Source: Polynucleobacter sp.
GTDB lineage: Bacteria > Pseudomonadota > Gammaproteobacteria > Burkholderiales > Burkholderiaceae
Length of the DNA: 64,000 bases
Direction: 5' to 3'
Assembly: GCA_030157655.1 (NCBI GenBank)
Contig: JAOAUK010000005.1
Coordinates: 20,895-84,894 of the forward strand
The translations under genes and the position numbers were made by a program. Below the pieces are notes generated by a model that was given only the letters and a program-made list of their open reading frames with translations, did not search any database and had not been told where the DNA came from. Position 1 is the first letter of the stretch. Each line of letters opens with the position of its first letter. Of the stretch, positions 59,901 to 64,000 are shown in pieces.

Positions 59901-60593
59901 TTACTTTTTAGTGGTGGCCATCAAGTAATTAACATCAGTATCACGACCTAATGAGTACACCTCGGTAATTGGGTTGTAGCTCAAGCCAATTAATTCATTG
60001 AGTTCTAGACCTGCTTCACGAATAAACTCATTTAGTTCTGAAGGTTTAATGAACTTTTTATAGTCATGAGTCCCTTTAGGCAGTATGCGCAAAAGATACT
60101 CGGCGCCAATAATGGCAAATAAATAAGACTTTGGATTGCGATTAAGGGTGCTGAAGAATACTTTGCCACCTGGTTTGACCAAAGCTGCGCAAGATTTAAT
60201 GATGCTCAATGGGTCTGGGACATGCTCTAGCATCTCCATGCAGGTCACAACATCATATTGACCAGCTTCTTTTTGAGCTAAATTTTCAGCGCTGATGTAT
60301 TCATATTCCACTTTCACACCAGTTTCTAGACTGTGTAAATCAGCAACTTTGAGAGCTTTTTCAGATAAATCAATCCCTTTGGCCTGGGCTCCTGCAACAG
60401 CCATTGATTCAGCCAAAATACCGCCACCGCAACCCACATCAAGAACTTTCTTACCTGTAATAGATACGTGCTCCTGTATCCAAGCTAATCTGAGGGGGTT
60501 AATGGCGTGTAAAGGCTTGAATTCACTACTTGGATCCCACCAGCGATGAGCCAAGGCGCTAAATTTATCGATTTCTGTTTGATCTGCATTCAT
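59901..60593 (-). CDS. ubiG: Ubiquinone biosynthesis O-methyltransferase
   Basis: [42 protein letters not shown]. Confidence 0.97.
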   Translation of the reverse strand: MNADQTEIDKFSALAHRWWDPSSEFKPLHAINPLRLAWIQEHVSITGKKVLDVGCGGGILAESMAVAGAQAKGIDLSEKALKVADLHSLETGVKVEYEYISAENLAQKEAGQYDVVTCMEMLEHVPDPLSIIKSCAALVKPGGKVFFSTLNRNPKSYLFAIIGAEYLLRILPKGTHDYKKFIKPSELNEFIREAGLELNELIGLSYNPITEVYSLGRDTDVNYLMATTKK

Positions 60594-60637
60594 GGCTCTA
60601 TTCTAATCAAGCCCATGCTTATGCGCACAAAGACCAT

Positions 60638-60666
60638 AAAAAAAGCCCGGCAGAGCCGGGCTTTTT
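60638..60666 (-). terminator. Intrinsic terminator after ompA
   Basis: AAAAAAAGCCCGGC-AGA-GCCGGGCTTTTT. Confidence 0.85.
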
Positions 60667-60691
60667 AAGAATTAACTAAATTAGTTAACTA

Positions 60692-61264
60692 TTAGTTCTT
60701 ACGTGTACCAATCGCTTCAATTTCAACGCGACGGTTTTTAGCGCGACCTTCTTTGGTCTTATTGTCAGCAACTGGTTGTGACTCGCCTTTGCCTTCTACG
60801 TAAACGCGATTAGCTTCGATACCTTTGCTAACCAAGTACTTCTTCACTGATTGAGCGCGACGTACTGATAGTTTTTGGTTGTAAGCATCTGTACCGATTG
60901 AGTCTGTATGACCAACAGCAATGATTACTTCAAGAGTCAAGTTCTTAACTTGGCCAACCAAGCTGTCTAAGCTAGCTTTAGCAGCTGGCTTAAGTACAGA
61001 CTTATCAAAGTCAAATAATGCGTCAGCATTCAATGTAACTTTTGAGCTAACTGGCTTTACAGCAGCGCCGGCGGCGATAGCGCCGTCACAACCTGGAGCA
61101 GCAGTTGCTGGAGTCCAGTTGGCATTGCGCCAGCACAATTCATTTGTACCGTTTTTCCAAACGATACCAGTGCTATTAACCCAGTTGTCGTTTGCTTTTT
61201 GTGCGAATGCGCTTGAGCTGATGGCAACACAAGCGATAACGATTAATTGCAGCAATTTTTTCAT
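60692..61264 (-). CDS. ompA: OmpA-family protein (betaproteobacterial type)
   Basis: Signal peptide, LCWR, FDFDKS.LK, GHTDSIG, NQKLSVRRA, NRRVEIE. Confidence 0.93.
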   Translation of the reverse strand: MKKLLQLIVIACVAISSSAFAQKANDNWVNSTGIVWKNGTNELCWRNANWTPATAAPGCDGAIAAGAAVKPVSSKVTLNADALFDFDKSVLKPAAKASLDSLVGQVKNLTLEVIIAVGHTDSIGTDAYNQKLSVRRAQSVKKYLVSKGIEANRVYVEGKGESQPVADNKTKEGRAKNRRVEIEAIGTRKN

Positions 61265-61378
61265 TTTTTTCCCTCTAATTATCTGTGTGGAGGCTGATCC
61301 AATTTGGATAGGGCATAGTTTAGCACTTTAAATCCCATAAATACCTTTTTAGGGCACTCTGAGTGATAAAATTGCAAC

Positions 61379-64000
61379 ATGGAAATTACACAAAATAACG
61401 CCGCAAAAGAGACACTCCCAATATCACTAGAAGACGAGATGCGTCGTTCCTATCTCGATTACGCCATGAGCGTGATCGTGGGTCGCGCCTTGCCAGATGT
61501 GAGGGATGGTTTAAAGCCAGTTCATCGCCGAGTTTTGTTCGCGATGCACGAGTTAAATAACGACTGGAATAGGGCTTACAAGAAGTCAGCTCGTATTGTC
61601 GGTGACGTAATCGGTAAATATCACCCACACGGCGACTCAGCTGTTTATGACACGATTGTTCGTATGGCCCAAGATTTCTCTTTGCGCTATATGCTCGTAG
61701 ATGGTCAGGGTAACTTTGGTTCTGTGGACGGTGATAACGCTGCGGCGATGCGTTATACGGAAATCCGTTTAGCAAAGATAGCTCACCAGCTATTAGACGA
61801 TTTAGATAAAGAAACGGTTGATTTTGGCCCTAACTACGATGGTAGTGAAAAAGAGCCTTTGATTCTTCCAGCAAAAATTCCTAATCTGCTAATTAACGGA
61901 TCTTCAGGTATTGCTGTGGGTATGGCGACGAATATTCCGCCGCACAACTTAGATGAAGTAGTTTCTGCTTGCTTGCATTTGTTGGGTAACCCAGAGTGCA
62001 CGATTGATGATTTGATGGAAATCATTCCTGCGCCAGACTTCCCAACAGCCGGCATTATTTACGGTATTCAAGGTGTGAAAGACGGTTACCGCACAGGTCG
62101 TGGCCGTGTGGTGATGCGCGCTAAGACTCACTTTGAAGATATGGATCGTGGTTCACGTCAATCGATCATCGTTGATGAGCTGCCATACCAAGTTAATAAG
62201 AAAACATTGCTGGAGCGTATTGCCGAACTCATTACCGAGAAAAAGGTAGAGGGTATTTCAGATATTCGTGATGAATCTGATAAATCCGGTATGCGTGTGG
62301 TGATTGAGCTTAAACGCGGTGAAGTGCCTGAGGTGGTGCTAAACAACTTGTACAAGTTCACACAATTGCAAGACACCTTCGGTATGAACATGGTGGCATT
62401 GGTAGATAACCAACCACGCTTGCTCAACCTAAAACAAATGTTGGAGTGCTTCTTATCTCACCGTAGAGAAGTGGTCACTCGTCGCACAGTCTTTGAGCTT
62501 CGTAAAGCTCGTGATCGTGGTCACGTGTTGGAAGGCTTGGCAGTTGCACTTGCAAACATTGATGAATTCATCAAAATTATTAAAGCTGCCCCAACTCCGC
62601 CAGATGCAAAACGTGAACTTTTATTGAAGTCATGGGATTCTGAGGTGGTGCGTGAGATGTTGTCTCGCGCAGAAAAAGACGCTCCTGGTGGACGTAACTC
62701 ATTCCGCCCTGAAGATTTGGATCCTGCAGCTGGTATGCAAGCTGATGGCTTGTATCGTTTGTCTGAAGGTCAAGCGCAAGAGATCTTGCAAATGCGTTTG
62801 CAACGCTTGACAGGTCTTGAGCAAGACAAGATTGTTGGCGAGTACAAAGAAGTCATGCTTGAGATTGCCAACTTGTTGGACATCTTGGCTAAGCCAGAAC
62901 GTATTACTGTGATCATCAGAGAAGAGTTGCAAGCTGTTCAGGCTGAATTTGGTCAGGCGGGCAATGACACAGGTCGTCGTTCACGTATTGAGATGAATGC
63001 GACAGAGTTGTTTACTGAAGACTTGATCACGCCACAAGATTTAGTGGTGACTTTGTCTCACGGTGGTTACATGAAGAGCCAGCCATTGTCTGAGTACCGT
63101 GCTCAAAAGCGTGGTGGTCGAGGCAAGCAGGCAACAGCCACTAAAGATGAAGACTGGATTGAAACATTATTCGTAGCTAATACACATGACACGATTCTTT
63201 GCTTCTCAGATCGTGGTCGCATGTACTGGTTGAAGGTTTGGGAAGTACCGCAAGGTGGTCGTGCCTCACGTGGCAAACCAATTGTGAACATCTTCCCGTT
63301 GGTTGAGGGCGAGAAGATCACTGTGATTCTGCCAATCAAGGCCTACGAAGATGACAAATATGTATTCATGTCAACACGCAAGGGTGTGGTGAAGAAGTCA
63401 CGTCTATCTGATTTCTCTAACCCACGTAAGGCTGGCATTATTGCTGTTGATCTAGATGAAGGTGATCACTTAGTGGGTGCTGCTATCACTGATGGTCGTC
63501 ATGATGTGATGTTGTTCTCAGATGCTGGTAAAGCAGTTCGCTTTGATGAGAATGATGTTCGCCCAATGGGTCGTACGGCGCGCGGTGTACGCGGCATGAA
63601 TCTAGATGCATCTCATGAAGTCATTGCGATGTTGGTAGCGCCTGCTGAAATTGAAGGTCAAACCAATGCGGTTGATGAAAACGGTGCGCCATTGCCAAGT
63701 AGTGTTCTAACGGCTACTGCCAATGGTTACGGTAAGCGTACGCCAATCGCTGAGTACACACGTCATGGACGTGGTACGAAAGGCATGATTGCGATTCAGA
63801 CGTCTGAGCGTAATGGCAAAGTGGTGGCTGCTGTACTAGTGTCTGAACAAGATCAAATCATGTTGATTACAACCGGCGGTATTTTGGTTCGTACTCGTGT
63901 TGCTGAAATTCGTGAGATGGGTCGCGCTACGCAAGGTGTTACTTTGATCAACGTTGATGAAGGTACTGAGTTGTCTGGCTTGCAGCGTATTGCTGAGAGT
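61379..64000 (+). CDS. gyrA: DNA gyrase subunit A, 3' truncated by window edge (missing from ORF track)
   Basis: ATG 61379 reads [51 protein letters not shown]; [18 protein letters not shown], GyrA box QKRGGRG. Confidence 0.98.
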   Translation, partial: MEITQNNAAKETLPISLEDEMRRSYLDYAMSVIVGRALPDVRDGLKPVHRRVLFAMHELNNDWNRAYKKSARIVGDVIGKYHPHGDSAVYDTIVRMAQDFSLRYMLVDGQGNFGSVDGDNAAAMRYTEIRLAKIAHQLLDDLDKETVDFGPNYDGSEKEPLILPAKIPNLLINGSSGIAVGMATNIPPHNLDEVVSACLHLLGNPECTIDDLMEIIPAPDFPTAGIIYGIQGVKDGYRTGRGRVVMRAKTHFEDMDRGSRQSIIVDELPYQVNKKTLLERIAELITEKKVEGISDIRDESDKSGMRVVIELKRGEVPEVVLNNLYKFTQLQDTFGMNMVALVDNQPRLLNLKQMLECFLSHRREVVTRRTVFELRKARDRGHVLEGLAVALANIDEFIKIIKAAPTPPDAKRELLLKSWDSEVVREMLSRAEKDAPGGRNSFRPEDLDPAAGMQADGLYRLSEGQAQEILQMRLQRLTGLEQDKIVGEYKEVMLEIANLLDILAKPERITVIIREELQAVQAEFGQAGNDTGRRSRIEMNATELFTEDLITPQDLVVTLSHGGYMKSQPLSEYRAQKRGGRGKQATATKDEDWIETLFVANTHDTILCFSDRGRMYWLKVWEVPQGGRASRGKPIVNIFPLVEGEKITVILPIKAYEDDKYVFMSTRKGVVKKSRLSDFSNPRKAGIIAVDLDEGDHLVGAAITDGRHDVMLFSDAGKAVRFDENDVRPMGRTARGVRGMNLDASHEVIAMLVAPAEIEGQTNAVDENGAPLPSSVLTATANGYGKRTPIAEYTRHGRGTKGMIAIQTSERNGKVVAAVLVSEQDQIMLITTGGILVRTRVAEIREMGRATQGVTLINVDEGTELSGLQRIAES

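Noticed and set aside
953-63339. Numerous 60-170 aa antisense or alternate-frame ORFs (e.g. 2983-3495, 14501-14938, 31957-32388, 60921-61331, 61386-61775)
   Set aside because: All lie within well-supported genes, including gyrA, and have no recognisable motifs; typical shadow ORFs
1-64000. Selenoproteins via UGA read-through given selD
   Set aside because: Recognisable ORFs are full length with Cys at catalytic sites (e.g. MsrA GCFWC); the SelD N-terminus is outside the window

Overview
A 64-kb chromosomal segment from a betaproteobacterium of the Burkholderiaceae, most like Polynucleobacter. This is inferred from gene content, the gyrA-ompA-ubiG-gph order and the tmRNA tag ANDERYALAA. It is densely coding and mostly housekeeping (selD, dcd, argH, hemCDXY, pdxH, fbp, pepN, trhP, uup, selU, ubiG, ompA, gyrA, ssrA). 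No integrase, transposase, prophage or CRISPR array is visible. The main point of interest is the cyanophycin locus. It has two synthetase paralogues with complementary intact and degenerate active sites. It is divergent from an operon of ABC exporter, DUF1854 and an unannotated 381-aa protein that resembles the Bacillus spore transglutaminase Tgl, and no cyanophycinase is present. Other accessory modules: a copper-uptake operon headed by a CXXC/RAPP uORF with a Crp/Fnr regulator and a hidden 31-aa membrane ORF; a kinase-USP/phosphoesterase pair; a tungstate ABC transporter with an FdsR-like regulator; a rubrerythrin-Fe-S-DUF3501 cluster; an SOS-boxed Y-family polymerase. Many genes show a leaderless-mRNA signature. 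All family calls come from motif recognition, not database searches.
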